A DNA stretch of 64,000 nt. Source: a virus. The notes under the pieces were generated by a model that ran no database searches, was not told where the DNA came from, and saw only the letters and a program-made list of their open reading frames with translations. Every line of letters begins with the position of its first letter. Position 1 is the first letter of the stretch. A program made the position numbers and the translations under genes. Positions 19,149-29,004 of the stretch are shown in pieces. Location of the stretch: positions 1-64,000 of IMG/VR virus record IMGVR_UViG_3300046535_000869. One strand, written 5' to 3'.

Positions 19149-20353
19149 GCGATGGCGACCTCCGTTGGGACATCCAGGTGCAGCTCGTCGCCGCCCGTCT
19201 CCAGCGCCAGCTCAAACTTCTTCGCCACGTTCTCCCAGGTGAACTCCGGCCGGTGGACCCGGTCGTAGCCTGCCTGGCCGAGCGCGACCCGCGTCGCCTT
19301 ATCTCCGTAGAGCTTGTCCAGCGCCTGGAGCATCAGCTCCTTGTCCGCCAGCCCGCCGATGACGTTCACGTCGTTCACGGTCGCCGCCGTCGACGTGCAG
19401 GGAACCTTCAGCACCGCGTCGCCTGGCCACTCGCCGAGCGCCGCCCAGTCCGGCACGATCTGCGGAATGCCGCAGGCCATCGCCTCCATCGTCGGGAGGC
19501 CCCAACCCTCGCCCTGGGTCGTGGTCATCATCGCGTCGAAGCAGTTGTAGATGCCCGCCAGGTACTGCTCCGAGACGCCGACGCCGGGAACCATCTTTGA
19601 GCTGGTGATAATCAGCTTGTTCCCGATGCCGTAGTAGTCGCAGAGCTGACGCACGTCCCAGCCCTTGTCGCCGGTCGGAGCCAGGTGCAGGTAGAGGTAG
19701 GCGTTGTCGATGCGCCTGGTCTTCACCCACTCGGCGAAGTACGCGATGGTCAGGTCCAGCCGCTTCCGAGGCTGGTTCCGGTTGATGTTGCCGACGATAA
19801 ATAGGTCCTCGCCGAGCCGCTTCGTGATACCCATCCGCTCGCGGGTCGCCGCCCGGTCCATCGGGCGGTAGATGCTGGTGTCGACGCCGTGCGGGATGAT
19901 GGTCGCCTTCCCGGAGTAGCCGCCCTTGCGGGCCTCGTCCAGGCCGAACTGCGTGTAGAAGATCGCCAGGCTCAGCCCGTTCAGCTCTCGGCCCTGGCAG
20001 TTCTTCCCGTCAACCGGCATGTAGGCGACGACCGGGAGCGCCGACGCGAACCGCTGAACGTAGTGCTTGACGTTCCAAGGGTCGTTCATCACCACCAGGA
20101 GGTCCGGCCGGATCTCCTTCAGGAGCGCCGGAACGCGCTGGATGCCGAAGGCGTCTCCGCCTCCTGCCGCCGGGTAGACCGCGTACGGGTGTGGCCCCTT
20201 ACAGGTCGGCCCATGCGGGTCGCCGAAGTAGTTGATGCCCAGAACGCTCACGTCCGCGACCGCGCCGAGAGGCGTGCAGACGTTCCGCGTCACGCGCGCG
20301 AACCCGGTCTCGATGCAGGCGTCGCCGTTCCAGAGATACTTCCGCTTGCTCAC
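19145..20353 (-). CDS. GT4-family (GT-B) glycosyltransferase
   Basis: TGFARV, IPHGVD, NRNQPRKRLD, GEGWGLPTMEAMACG. Confidence 0.9.
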   Translation of the reverse strand: MSKRKYLWNGDACIETGFARVTRNVCTPLGAVADVSVLGINYFGDPHGPTCKGPHPYAVYPAAGGGDAFGIQRVPALLKEIRPDLLVVMNDPWNVKHYVQRFASALPVVAYMPVDGKNCQGRELNGLSLAIFYTQFGLDEARKGGYSGKATIIPHGVDTSIYRPMDRAATRERMGITKRLGEDLFIVGNINRNQPRKRLDLTIAYFAEWVKTRRIDNAYLYLHLAPTGDKGWDVRQLCDYYGIGNKLIITSSKMVPGVGVSEQYLAGIYNCFDAMMTTTQGEGWGLPTMEAMACGIPQIVPDWAALGEWPGDAVLKVPCTSTAATVNDVNVIGGLADKELMLQALDKLYGDKATRVALGQAGYDRVHRPEFTWENVAKKFELALETGGDELHLDVPTEVAIA

Positions 20354-21246
20354 CGGCAAACCTCCCAGAATCCGTCCGCGATATCCTTCCAATCGAACCG
20401 CCGCAGGACCGCCTTCCGCTCCGCCTCGGTCACGGCCCGCCGTGGCTTCCGCAGAATCTCCTCGACGGACTCACGAACCGCCGCCGGTTCGGCCTCCGTC
20501 ACGTACTCCGCGTGCTCGCCATACCAGCCCCGGTAGTGCGGCTGGTCGAACGTAATCGGCCGCGCCCCGCAGGCCAGGCCCTCCAGCATGGGCAGCTCGA
20601 ACCCCTCGCCGCGCCGGAGACCAGAGACGTAGGCGCTCTGCGAGTAGGCGTCGACCAGGGCCTTGTCCGAGATGCCGACCCGGCACTCGACGTGCTCGCC
20701 CAGCTTCAGGTCCGGCCCCAGGTGGAACATTTTGCCGCCGACGTTCTTGACCGCCTGCGCGCATTCGCCAACACATTCGCTCTCCGAGACGTAACCGGAG
20801 GTCGCCATCAGGAACCGGCCATCGAGACCAGGCGTCTGCTGGAAGACCGAGCCATCGACGCCCAGAGGCGCGTGGTAGAACCGGAACGGGAGGTCCTGCC
20901 CAGGAGCCAGGTAGCCGTCCTGCCGCGCGTAGGACTCCAGGTCGTAGTAGCTCCAGACCGCCCGCGCGCCCGACCAGAGAGGGACCCAGACGTTCGGGTC
21001 GGCCGTCTCCGTCGACCGGAGGCAGTACTGGAGGACGACGTACGGCTTGCCCTGCTCCTTGACCAGCTCCGGCAGGTCCGTCGTCGGGTGTAGGTTCCGC
21101 AGGCCGATGACATGGTGAACCACCACGTCCGCCGCCTGGATGGTCGAGACCAGCCGGACGTCCTTCGGCGCGTGCGCCGCCAGCGCCATCGTGATGCGCG
21201 TCATCGCCCGGCCGAGCGCCTGGTGAGGCCAGAGGTAGACGTTCAC
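20350..21246 (-). CDS. GT-B glycosyltransferase (paralog of 46585..47442)
   Basis: EGFELPMLEGLACGARPI (E-x7-E motif); GTG start overlap. Confidence 0.8.
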   Translation of the reverse strand: MNVYLWPHQALGRAMTRITMALAAHAPKDVRLVSTIQAADVVVHHVIGLRNLHPTTDLPELVKEQGKPYVVLQYCLRSTETADPNVWVPLWSGARAVWSYYDLESYARQDGYLAPGQDLPFRFYHAPLGVDGSVFQQTPGLDGRFLMATSGYVSESECVGECAQAVKNVGGKMFHLGPDLKLGEHVECRVGISDKALVDAYSQSAYVSGLRRGEGFELPMLEGLACGARPITFDQPHYRGWYGEHAEYVTEAEPAAVRESVEEILRKPRRAVTEAERKAVLRRFDWKDIADGFWEVCR

Positions 21247-22031
21247 GCCTGCCCTCCGCTGGCCGTGAGCCAAGCCTTCGCGTCCCGAATCTCCGACCAG
21301 GGAATCGCGACCGCCTCGGCCGTGTTCCGGCCCGCGCAGACCGTGCAGCTTTCTGGCGTCTCCGTCTGCGTCAGGAACGCCCGGACCTTGGCCTCCGTCA
21401 CGCCCTCCACCTTCAGTCCATCCGTCCCATCCGGCCGGTCGAGCAGGAGCCGAGGGATGTACGGCGACGTGCAGCAGCGGTAGAAGTAGCCACGGTCGAC
21501 GACCCGGCTGAACGTCTTGAACCAGCAGGCGTCGAACCGCTTCGCCGCCGCCGCAGGAGCCGTCTTGGTCGTCAGGAGCTGGCTGAAGTTGGGGTACTTG
21601 CGCTCATCCTTCAGCTCGAACTGGACGCCCTCATCCGCCGCCTTGGCCCGAATCCAGGCGATGTCCGCGTCGGTCAGCTTGCCAGGGTAGGCGCTGACCA
21701 CCAGCACGTCGAACGCCTGCCAGAACTCCGGCTTCATCAACTTGAGCGTCTGGCCGTTCGTCCAGACCTCCACCTTGTCCGCGATGTCCGAATCGGTCGC
21801 GATGTGTAGGAGGTCGACCAGGCCCTTGTGCAGCGTCGGCTCACCGCCGAGCATCCCGTAGGCGTCCGCGTGCAGGACCGCGCCCAGGTGCTCCAGGTCC
21901 CGCTCCATCTGCTTCGGGTCGACTTCCTCGACCGGCTTGCCACGGAACATCGGGACGAAGTGGTTACAAGATACACAGTCGTTCTGACAGAGCGACGTGA
22001 CGTTCGTCTCCAGGTGCGGGATGTGGATCAT
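21243..22031 (-). CDS. Radical SAM enzyme
   Basis: CQNDCVSC (CxxxCxxC), GGEPTLH, TNG; extra C-terminal Cys residues. Confidence 0.9.
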   Translation of the reverse strand: MIHIPHLETNVTSLCQNDCVSCNHFVPMFRGKPVEEVDPKQMERDLEHLGAVLHADAYGMLGGEPTLHKGLVDLLHIATDSDIADKVEVWTNGQTLKLMKPEFWQAFDVLVVSAYPGKLTDADIAWIRAKAADEGVQFELKDERKYPNFSQLLTTKTAPAAAAKRFDACWFKTFSRVVDRGYFYRCCTSPYIPRLLLDRPDGTDGLKVEGVTEAKVRAFLTQTETPESCTVCAGRNTAEAVAIPWSEIRDAKAWLTASGGQA

Positions 22032-22714
22032 GGCGTGACTCCCACCAGCTCGATCTGCTCGAACACGTCCAGCCCGGAATTAGGTGTCGCGTTGAAGACC
22101 TTCACGCCCATCGCCGCGCAGCCCTCGCGCGCCGCGACGAACGCTCGACGCATTACCGCCGGGTTGGGCGGGAAGCTCTGGAAGCCCTTCGGCCAGTAAT
22201 CCGCCGAGAAGTGGTTCGCGTCCGGGCCGTCCGTCGTCCATGTCCGACCGCCCTCGACGACGCCGTCCAGGTTCCAGCGGAAGTCGTTGCCGAGCAGGAC
22301 GATCTCCGCGCAGCCCATGAACACGGCGAGCTGCAGCATCAGGTGCATCACCGTCCCGCCCCACTCGAAGGGAGGCGCGACCGCGAAGCCGGGATGCTCG
22401 ACCGGGCCTCGATTGAACGGCACGCCGACGCAGTCCTCGAACCCAGCGTGTCGCCGTAAGTCGTTCGGGATGAACTTCACTGAATCCACGGATTTGAGGT
22501 CATTCGAGTACTGTTTCGCGTCCAAAGCGTCCTCTAACGCCCAAAATGTGGTCTGATAACCGATCCGCGCGAAGTCGATGTAGATGCGGTTACAGCCGAA
22601 CGTCAGCTCGTTCTTCAGACTCGTCAAGTCCATCTGGCCGAGGCTCGGTCCGTTGCCGAACAGGTAGATGGTCCGGCCCGCATGCGCGCCCTGGAAGTCG
22701 GCAAGGTTCTTCAT
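22028..22714 (-). CDS. DUF115/Maf-like (GT42-like) CMP-sugar transferase
   Basis: IYLFGNGPSL...FGCNRIY...LQLAVFMGCAEIVLLGNDF...VFNAT. Confidence 0.75.
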   Translation of the reverse strand: MKNLADFQGAHAGRTIYLFGNGPSLGQMDLTSLKNELTFGCNRIYIDFARIGYQTTFWALEDALDAKQYSNDLKSVDSVKFIPNDLRRHAGFEDCVGVPFNRGPVEHPGFAVAPPFEWGGTVMHLMLQLAVFMGCAEIVLLGNDFRWNLDGVVEGGRTWTTDGPDANHFSADYWPKGFQSFPPNPAVMRRAFVAAREGCAAMGVKVFNATPNSGLDVFEQIELVGVTP

Positions 22715-23154
22715 GCCGCCGCCTTCTGCCGGTTCAGGACCGCGATGGCCTGGTCGACGTGCTCATCCTGGAGACCCTCCGCCCAGGTCGTTCTGACCAG
22801 GTGGTCGGAGACGTAGCCCATGTCGGCGTCGTCGTCCAGGACCACGTACCCGTCGACCGGCTCGGCCGTGTTGTTCAGCCAGTCGTAGATCTCGGTCCCG
22901 CGATCTTCGCCAGCCAGGTCCGCCGTCACGTCGATGACCTCCGCCAGCACGCCCGCCGAACCGAGTAGCCGGACGACGTCGCAGCTCGGCGACAGCCGCC
23001 AGGTCGACGTGACCACGATGACGGCCCCTGTCGCCTCCGTGATGACGTTCAGCCGCGCGATGGCGTCCAGGTCCAGCCAGCGCCGCCCGGCCCAGTCCGG
23101 CCAGCGCTCGAAGCCGTTGAGCACGCCGTCGAAGTCGAGGAAGACCACCTTCAC
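22711..23154 (-). CDS. HAD-superfamily hydrolase (HAD_SAK_2-like)
   Basis: FLDFDGVLN, IVVTSTWR, RGTEI, YVVLDDD. Confidence 0.85.
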   Translation of the reverse strand: MKVVFLDFDGVLNGFERWPDWAGRRWLDLDAIARLNVITEATGAVIVVTSTWRLSPSCDVVRLLGSAGVLAEVIDVTADLAGEDRGTEIYDWLNNTAEPVDGYVVLDDDADMGYVSDHLVRTTWAEGLQDEHVDQAIAVLNRQKAAA

Positions 23155-24278
23155 GCGCCGACTCCCGCGCGCGCCCGCGCGAACCGCTCCACCACGTCCG
23201 AACACTCCTCGTCCGAGATGGCCAGGTTCGGCCGGAGCCTGACCGTCCGATCTCCTGTCGGGAGCATGATGGTCGACTCCTCGTGCCACATGGCCAGGAC
23301 GAAGGCGTCCCGGACGACCTTGGACTCGAAGTCCATCGCCAGGAGGAGGCCGACGTTCCGCGCCCCGATGGCCGTCGCCAGCTCCTTGCCCTTACGCTTG
23401 ACGTTCGCCAGGATGTCGTACCGGTCGTACGCGCCGAGGATGGCCCGGCAGCGGATCATGTCCAGAAGGTCGCCGTCCCAGGTCGCCTCCAGGTGGTCCG
23501 GCGTCTCGAAGATGGCCCCGAACTTATCCGCGACCATCACGCCAGAGACCTGAGCCTTCTTCCCGAAGCAGACGATGTCCGGCGCGAAGCCGAGCTGCTC
23601 GAAGTACCACATGGTCCCGGTCCCGCCGAACCCGGTCTGAATCTCGTCGAATATCAGCGGAATCCCGGTCCGCGTGCAGAACCGCCGCGCGTCCGCCAGG
23701 AAGGCCCGGTCGACGACCCGGTCGCCAGCCGTGCATTGGATAGGCTCGATGATGACCGCCGCCAGGTCCATCGGCCAGTCGGCCGTCTGCCGCCCGCCTT
23801 GGCAGTAGAAGTCCGCCTGCGGGTAGTCCTTCGTCCGGCTCCAGGCAGGCCCGCCGGGAGCCGCCAGCATCCCAGCGACGCCGCTGATGCCGTGATAACT
23901 GTCGGCGAGTACGAGTATGCGCCGACGTTTAGTCGCCGCCTGCGCGACCTTGATGGCCGCGTCGACCGCGCTTGCCCCGGTCGTCGTGTAGTGGAAGAAC
24001 GTGAACGCCGACATGGCCGGGTGCAGCTCGAACGCCCGCGCGAAGCGTTCCGCCGAGTCCGTCGCCATCTCGCAGTTGGTAATCTTCACGCCCGCGTGAC
24101 GAAGGACCTCCGCGTGGAAGGTGTCGTTGTCGAAGGCCGGATGGTTGTAGCCCAGCGGGAGTGACGAGTACAGGCCGAACAGGTCCAGGACCTCCCGACC
24201 GGTATTCAGGTCGTAGAGGTAGGAACCGTGGCTCCGCGCCACGTCAATCTTGATGCCAAACTTGGAGGTCCTGTGCAT
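23151..24278 (-). CDS. Class III PLP aminotransferase (lysine epsilon-aminotransferase-like)
   Basis: LPLGYNHP, EPIQ, LIFDEIQTGFG, FGKKAQV. Confidence 0.9.
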   Translation of the reverse strand: MHRTSKFGIKIDVARSHGSYLYDLNTGREVLDLFGLYSSLPLGYNHPAFDNDTFHAEVLRHAGVKITNCEMATDSAERFARAFELHPAMSAFTFFHYTTTGASAVDAAIKVAQAATKRRRILVLADSYHGISGVAGMLAAPGGPAWSRTKDYPQADFYCQGGRQTADWPMDLAAVIIEPIQCTAGDRVVDRAFLADARRFCTRTGIPLIFDEIQTGFGGTGTMWYFEQLGFAPDIVCFGKKAQVSGVMVADKFGAIFETPDHLEATWDGDLLDMIRCRAILGAYDRYDILANVKRKGKELATAIGARNVGLLLAMDFESKVVRDAFVLAMWHEESTIMLPTGDRTVRLRPNLAISDEECSDVVERFARARAGVGA

Positions 24279-24279
24279 C

Positions 24280-25371
24280 TCAGTCCCGGTAAATGTGCTC
24301 GACGCCGTCCCGGCTCACGGCCAGCCGTGAGGCCCGGCCCTTCCCGGCCGCTGTGATCTGATGCCACTTGCCGCGCTCGATGAAGACCAGGTCGCCCTTC
24401 TTGACCGTCCGGGTCTGGTCCTCGATGGCGAACTTGTACTCGCCCTCCAGGATGAACCACCACTCGTCCCAGTCGGCGTGGTAGTGCCGCCGGTTCCCCT
24501 CGCCAGGGAGCTGACTGATGATGGTCGCGCTGTTCGACGGCGACTGGACGACCCGCCAGCCGAAGGACTGCCCCGCCGGGAACCGCTTCAGCAGCTCCGG
24601 GATGTTGACCAGCGGAACCGAGCCAGCCAGGTCGTTGGCCGACACGCCGTCGTCGTCCAGGACCTTCCCGGCATCGCACTGTGAGAACGCTGTGGACGTC
24701 CAGTACCGAGGCTTGACCGCGCCCGCGCGCCGCCGCGCGAGGACCAGCTCTGCGTCCTGAAAGTCCTGCTCGGTGTCGATGTCGATGGCCGCGTCGCCAG
24801 ACAGCCGGAGCCGCCGGACCCGCGACCCGAACCCATAGCTCCCGCATTTCTCGAAGGCCCCTCGCCGCCAGCCGAAGATGCCGTTGCAGAAGATCTCGAC
24901 CGGCTCCAGCTTCTGGCTGGGCAGCATCGGGAGCGCCGGGTCGAAGTTGATAGCCGTCTCGCCGAGCATCGTCTCTGCCTGGACCGCCCTCACCGAGACC
25001 ACCACGTCCGCGTCGTCCAGCGCCAGGACGGCTGCGCGCATGTCCTGCGCCGACAGGAACGGCGAGGTCGGCGTGATCTGGAACAGCCGGTTGACCTCCG
25101 GCATCGCCGCCAGGAAGTCCGCGACAAAGTGGTCGGTTGTGGCCTTGTCTCCAGCCAGCTCCGCCGACCGCCGGTAGCTGCTCGCGCCCAGCTCCTCGCC
25201 GAGGTTGAGAATCTCGTCGCTCTCGGAGTTGACGTAGACCTTATCGAACAGCCCGGACTCCCGCGCCGTCTCGACGACCCAGGCCAGGAGAGGCTTGCCG
25301 CCGAGGAAGCGGAGGTTCTTCCGAGGCACGCGCGTGCTGTGCAGGCGGGCCGGAATCATCGCGACCTTCAT
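24280..25371 (-). CDS. Acylneuraminate cytidylyltransferase (NeuA/KdsB-like) fused to a cupin domain
   Basis: IPARLHSTRVPRKNL...GKPLL...TSPF...DIDTEQDF; C-terminal HYHADWDEWW...GKWH cupin. Confidence 0.9.
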   Translation of the reverse strand: MKVAMIPARLHSTRVPRKNLRFLGGKPLLAWVVETARESGLFDKVYVNSESDEILNLGEELGASSYRRSAELAGDKATTDHFVADFLAAMPEVNRLFQITPTSPFLSAQDMRAAVLALDDADVVVSVRAVQAETMLGETAINFDPALPMLPSQKLEPVEIFCNGIFGWRRGAFEKCGSYGFGSRVRRLRLSGDAAIDIDTEQDFQDAELVLARRRAGAVKPRYWTSTAFSQCDAGKVLDDDGVSANDLAGSVPLVNIPELLKRFPAGQSFGWRVVQSPSNSATIISQLPGEGNRRHYHADWDEWWFILEGEYKFAIEDQTRTVKKGDLVFIERGKWHQITAAGKGRASRLAVSRDGVEHIYRD

Positions 25372-25877
25372 CGCGGTCTCCAGAGGACCATCGTGTCCTG
25401 CCGGAACATGACCGGAATCGGCTCAGGCTGCTCGCTCAGGAAGGTGAGCATCGCCAGCGTGACCTTGTCGAAGCTGGTCATCATGTCGTGGCAGACGAGC
25501 GCGTACTTGGTCAGCCGCCAGGCGTTGCGGAGGTCGACGAGCGCCTCGTCGTAGCCGTGATGGCCGTCGACATAGGACAGGTCGACCGGCGCGGTCTCGG
25601 CGGGTATCAGCGACTGCGACGGCCCGTCGAGGAACCGGACCTTCCCGCGATGCCCAGCTTTCTCCAGCAGCTCGACGATGTGTCTGTGGCTCCCGCGCCC
25701 CAGCCCGCCGTGGATGGTTCCCCAGGTGTCACAAAGTGTCAGGTCGATCTCCGGGTTCGCCGCGACGACCGTCCGCACGCAACCGCCCTCGTTGACGCCG
25801 ATGCCAAGGTACGTCTTGGCGCGCGGAGCCAGCTCGTTGAGGATCTCCCAGGAGCAGTGAGAGGCGGGCCAGTTCAC
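25368..25877 (-). CDS. Class I SAM methyltransferase (Methyltransf_24-like)
   Basis: YLGIGVNEG, YVDGHH, LVCHD. Confidence 0.75.
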   Translation of the reverse strand: MNWPASHCSWEILNELAPRAKTYLGIGVNEGGCVRTVVAANPEIDLTLCDTWGTIHGGLGRGSHRHIVELLEKAGHRGKVRFLDGPSQSLIPAETAPVDLSYVDGHHGYDEALVDLRNAWRLTKYALVCHDMMTSFDKVTLAMLTFLSEQPEPIPVMFRQDTMVLWRPR

Positions 25878-26557
25878 GCCGCCCTCCACTTCTGGAGCGC
25901 GACCCAGCCGCCGAACTGCGCGCGCGCCAGGGACTCGTCGTCGAACAGGAAGCCCGCCGCCTCAAGGGCCGAGACTGTCTTGGCACGGTCCTCGCCAGGC
26001 GGGACTTGATGGAATTCGATGAACAGGTGCGTCGCCGAGGCCAGCGCGCCAGGCATCCCGCGTACGGCCGCGTCCTCCGCGCCCTCGATGTCCATCTTGA
26101 TGACATCCGCCCGCCGACCAGACAGCGCCAGGATGGTGTCGAGGCTCTCGCACTCGACCAGGACAGCGTGACCCGCACTGCCGTGTACGGCCCCAGCGAT
26201 GGACATGGACAGCCCAGGCTCCGGTTTGATGAGCCGCATCAGCCCGTCACCAGCGCCGACCGCGACGCAATGCAGGTCGACCCGCTTGTCGTTGAGGTAC
26301 AGCTCGGCCAGCATGTCAGCCCGCTCCCGCTCCGCCTCGATGGCGACGACTACTAGGGTCGGCTTCCCGAACTTCAGCGCCAGGGCCGTGTAGAACCCGT
26401 ACTCCGCGCCCGCGTCAACCACCACGTCGGCCGACCGGACCGCGTCAACGAACGCCTGTGAGTAGGGTTCCCACCGAACGTTGGCCTGCTCCGTCCCGAC
26501 CATTAGGTCATGGCAGATGTCCAGGGTCGCCTTCTGGCCGTAGGTCTTCTCGGTCAC
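25874..26557 (-). CDS. FkbM-family methyltransferase
   Basis: VVDAGAEYGFY, SLD, VIKMDIEGAE, IEFH. Confidence 0.9.
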   Translation of the reverse strand: MTEKTYGQKATLDICHDLMVGTEQANVRWEPYSQAFVDAVRSADVVVDAGAEYGFYTALALKFGKPTLVVVAIEAERERADMLAELYLNDKRVDLHCVAVGAGDGLMRLIKPEPGLSMSIAGAVHGSAGHAVLVECESLDTILALSGRRADVIKMDIEGAEDAAVRGMPGALASATHLFIEFHQVPPGEDRAKTVSALEAAGFLFDDESLARAQFGGWVALQKWRAA

Positions 26558-27108
26558 TTGACCATCTCCGGCATGAAGGAACAGTAGAGCCAGTGGAACA
26601 TCATCATCGCCACGTCCTCGGCGACCGCGTTGCTGTCGGTCTCCAGGTCGATGGTGATGTCCGCCTTCTCCGAGACCGGCCCGCGCTTGCCGACAACCGC
26701 CGCGACGTGCATATTCAGGAACTTCGCGCGCGCGACCGCCTTGGTCAGGTTGGCTGACTTCCCGGACCCGCTGAAGACCACCAGGAGGTCGCCCGGCTCG
26801 CCGAGGGTGTCGAGCTGGGCCGCGAACATATTGTCCGCGCCGAAGTCGTTGACCGCTGAGGACAGCATGAACCCGCTGTTCAAGGAGACCGCCCGCATGC
26901 CAGCGCCAGCCTCGCGCAGCACGTTCAGCGACAGGCCGAGCGCCAGGTGGTCAGTGACCGTGCCGCCGCCGCCGTTGGCCGCTGTGTAGATGGTCCCGCC
27001 ATTGTCGTTGACCCGCTGCACCAGGAGCCGGAGCGCTTCGGCCCGCTCGAACGGGAGCTTCGCCGCCTTCTGGGCAACCGCGTCGACGTACGACCAGCAC
27101 GTCTTCAC
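26554..27108 (-). CDS. SIS-domain sugar-phosphate isomerase (GmhA-like)
   Basis: IYTAANGGG, VNDFG, GDLLVVFSGSGKSANL, AED. Confidence 0.85.
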   Translation of the reverse strand: MKTCWSYVDAVAQKAAKLPFERAEALRLLVQRVNDNGGTIYTAANGGGGTVTDHLALGLSLNVLREAGAGMRAVSLNSGFMLSSAVNDFGADNMFAAQLDTLGEPGDLLVVFSGSGKSANLTKAVARAKFLNMHVAAVVGKRGPVSEKADITIDLETDSNAVAEDVAMMMFHWLYCSFMPEMVK

Positions 27109-27662
27109 GGCTTCCTCCAGGCCCCGATGCCGCCCCAGTCGCCCCTGACGGTCCACTCCAGCTTCTCGCCAGCCAGGCCCGCCCAGTACGCCGGGACGCC
27201 GCCCTTCTCCCAGACCTCGAACGCGCTCGCCGCCGCGTTGATGTCGTGGAAGACGATCCAGCCGCCGGACCGTACCAGCTTCCCGTAGTCGTCCACGTCC
27301 GCCGTGACGCCGTCGAGGCTGTGGTCGCCGTCGATGAACAGCATGTCAACCGGGTCGCCATCGAGCTGCTCGACCACCTTGAGCCAGGTCGCCTTGTGAT
27401 GGCTGTCGCCGGAGATACAGATGACGCCGACCAGGGCCGCGTTCCGCTTGGCGGTCTGGGCCTGGTTCATCCCGGTCGTCGAGCCTTCGATCTTGTCGAC
27501 CGTCACGGTCTTCCCGGACGCGATATTCGACAGGAGCTGCGTGACGCCGCCAGGCCCGGTCCCAATCTCCAGGATGGTCTTCGGCTTGACCTCCTCGGCC
27601 AGCCAGCGCGAGAACGGCTGGATCTCGTCCGGCCATTGGAGCATCGGCAGGGTGACCTTCAT
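27105..27662 (-). CDS. Class I SAM methyltransferase (Methyltransf_24-like)
   Basis: ILEIGT, LFIDGDHS, GGWIVFHDI. Confidence 0.9.
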   Translation of the reverse strand: MKVTLPMLQWPDEIQPFSRWLAEEVKPKTILEIGTGPGGVTQLLSNIASGKTVTVDKIEGSTTGMNQAQTAKRNAALVGVICISGDSHHKATWLKVVEQLDGDPVDMLFIDGDHSLDGVTADVDDYGKLVRSGGWIVFHDINAAASAFEVWEKGGVPAYWAGLAGEKLEWTVRGDWGGIGAWRKP

Positions 27663-28357
27663 GGCTTCACCGTCCGACGCTCAGCGTCCGACCAGGGAGC
27701 CAGCCGCCCGTCGCGAATCGGAGCCAGGGTCAGCTCAGGGTAGACCGCCTCCGGGAGGTTGAACGCCAGCATCCCGCCGGTCCCTGTGCCTGGATGGATA
27801 CTGTCGTACCTGGCCGCGACCGCCGCCCGCTCGGCCCGCGACTTGACGAGGAACTTGTGGTGCTCGATGAGGACCGGCGCTTCAGAGCCGCCGCCGAACG
27901 GCGATCCACAATGGATGCTCGTCCGCCCGCCCGCCATCGCCTTCACGCTCAGGCGCGTCTGGTGGTCCGGGAATAGCTGCGGCGACAGGATGACCCAGCC
28001 AGGCGTCTGCCAGAGGCTCGCGCGGGCGAACTTCCAGTGGTCTGCCGCGAAGTAGCGCTCCTCCGCCAGCCAGTCCGCCATCGCAGGCGAGGCTTTCTCG
28101 TCGTCGTCTAGCCGCAGGATGTACTTGCCGGAGCACTCCGCGACCGCGTAGTCGTGGACCGACTCCAGGTAGCCGTGTGACTGAACCGGGACGATCTTGC
28201 AGGGAAGCTGCCTGGCGAGGTCCTCGGCGTCTTGGCCGTCAGCCGCGATGACGAACTCAGCCCGGCAGCGCTCAGCCAGCGCCGACATGGCGCTGAGGAA
28301 CGGCCAGGCGTGTCGCTCGCCCTTGCTGACGCAGAGGATAGTGAGGTTCGGTTGCAT
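27659..28357 (-). CDS. GT2-like (GT-A) glycosyltransferase
   Basis: CSGKYILRLDDDE (DxD), PDHQTRL. Confidence 0.8.
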   Translation of the reverse strand: MQPNLTILCVSKGERHAWPFLSAMSALAERCRAEFVIAADGQDAEDLARQLPCKIVPVQSHGYLESVHDYAVAECSGKYILRLDDDEKASPAMADWLAEERYFAADHWKFARASLWQTPGWVILSPQLFPDHQTRLSVKAMAGGRTSIHCGSPFGGGSEAPVLIEHHKFLVKSRAERAAVAARYDSIHPGTGTGGMLAFNLPEAVYPELTLAPIRDGRLAPWSDAERRTVKP

Positions 28358-28390
28358 CTGCCCCTGACGAACCGATGTGGTCCCGATGAT

Positions 28391-28428
28391 AGAGAGAAGG
28401 CCCGACGACCTGGTTGCCGCCGGGCCTT
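28391..28428 (-). terminator. Hairpin/terminator after the decoration-like gene
   Basis: AAGGCCCG...CGGGCCTT followed by CTCTCT on the minus strand. Confidence 0.55.
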
Positions 28429-28455
28429 GTGATTACGTGCTCAAGCCGTCAGCCG

Positions 28456-28974
28456 TTAGGCTGGCGGGTTGTGGTCGAACCCGCCGAGGACTGCGACGCA
28501 GCCGCCGATGGTCACCACGTCGACGCCGGAGGCCGACAGCGTGGGCGTCAAGGACAGCTTGACGTACCGCTTCGCGCCGCTCAGGTCGATGTTCACGAGT
28601 CCGCCCGCGTCCAGGTCGATGGCCGCGCCGCTGTTCAGGGCGGTCACGGTCAGCGTGTCCGGCGCGTCGCCGTAATCGGCGTACGCATCGGCGACGCCGT
28701 CGTCGTCCGAGTCCTGGATGCCGATGGCGAAGATCGCCGTGTGGCCCGACGCCAGGACGGCGTGTACCGGGATGGCCGGGATGAGGCTCAGCGCCACGTC
28801 CGGGTCGCAGCGGTCAATCGCGATGCCCGCGATGGCCGTCCCGCTCCCGCCGTGGCCCGCGCCGACAATCGATCCGGCCGCGATGCCAACCACTCGCTTC
28901 GTGTAGGCTCCAGCGTTCTCCTGTCCCGCGAGCGCGGCTCCAGGCGTGACGCCAGGGCTGTCTGTCAAGTTCAT
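28456..28974 (-). CDS. Capsid decoration/cement-like protein
   Basis: Directly after MCP; AIDR...IQDSDD...AKRYVKL pattern common in HK97-like post-capsid genes. Confidence 0.6.
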   Translation of the reverse strand: MNLTDSPGVTPGAALAGQENAGAYTKRVVGIAAGSIVGAGHGGSGTAIAGIAIDRCDPDVALSLIPAIPVHAVLASGHTAIFAIGIQDSDDDGVADAYADYGDAPDTLTVTALNSGAAIDLDAGGLVNIDLSGAKRYVKLSLTPTLSASGVDVVTIGGCVAVLGGFDHNPPA

Positions 28975-29004
28975 GTTCGAGTCCTCCCTAAGAAAGCCTT
29001 GTTG

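Noticed and set aside
21243-22031. Radical SAM as RiPP maturase for the acidic repeat peptide at 35450
   Set aside because: 13 kb away, embedded among sugar enzymes, and no RRE, peptidase or transporter seen
19145-28357. GT island as a DNA hypermodification system
   Set aside because: Located among virion genes, with no hydroxymethylase, thymidylate-synthase-like or base-modifying partner; protein glycosylation fits better, though this is not formally excluded
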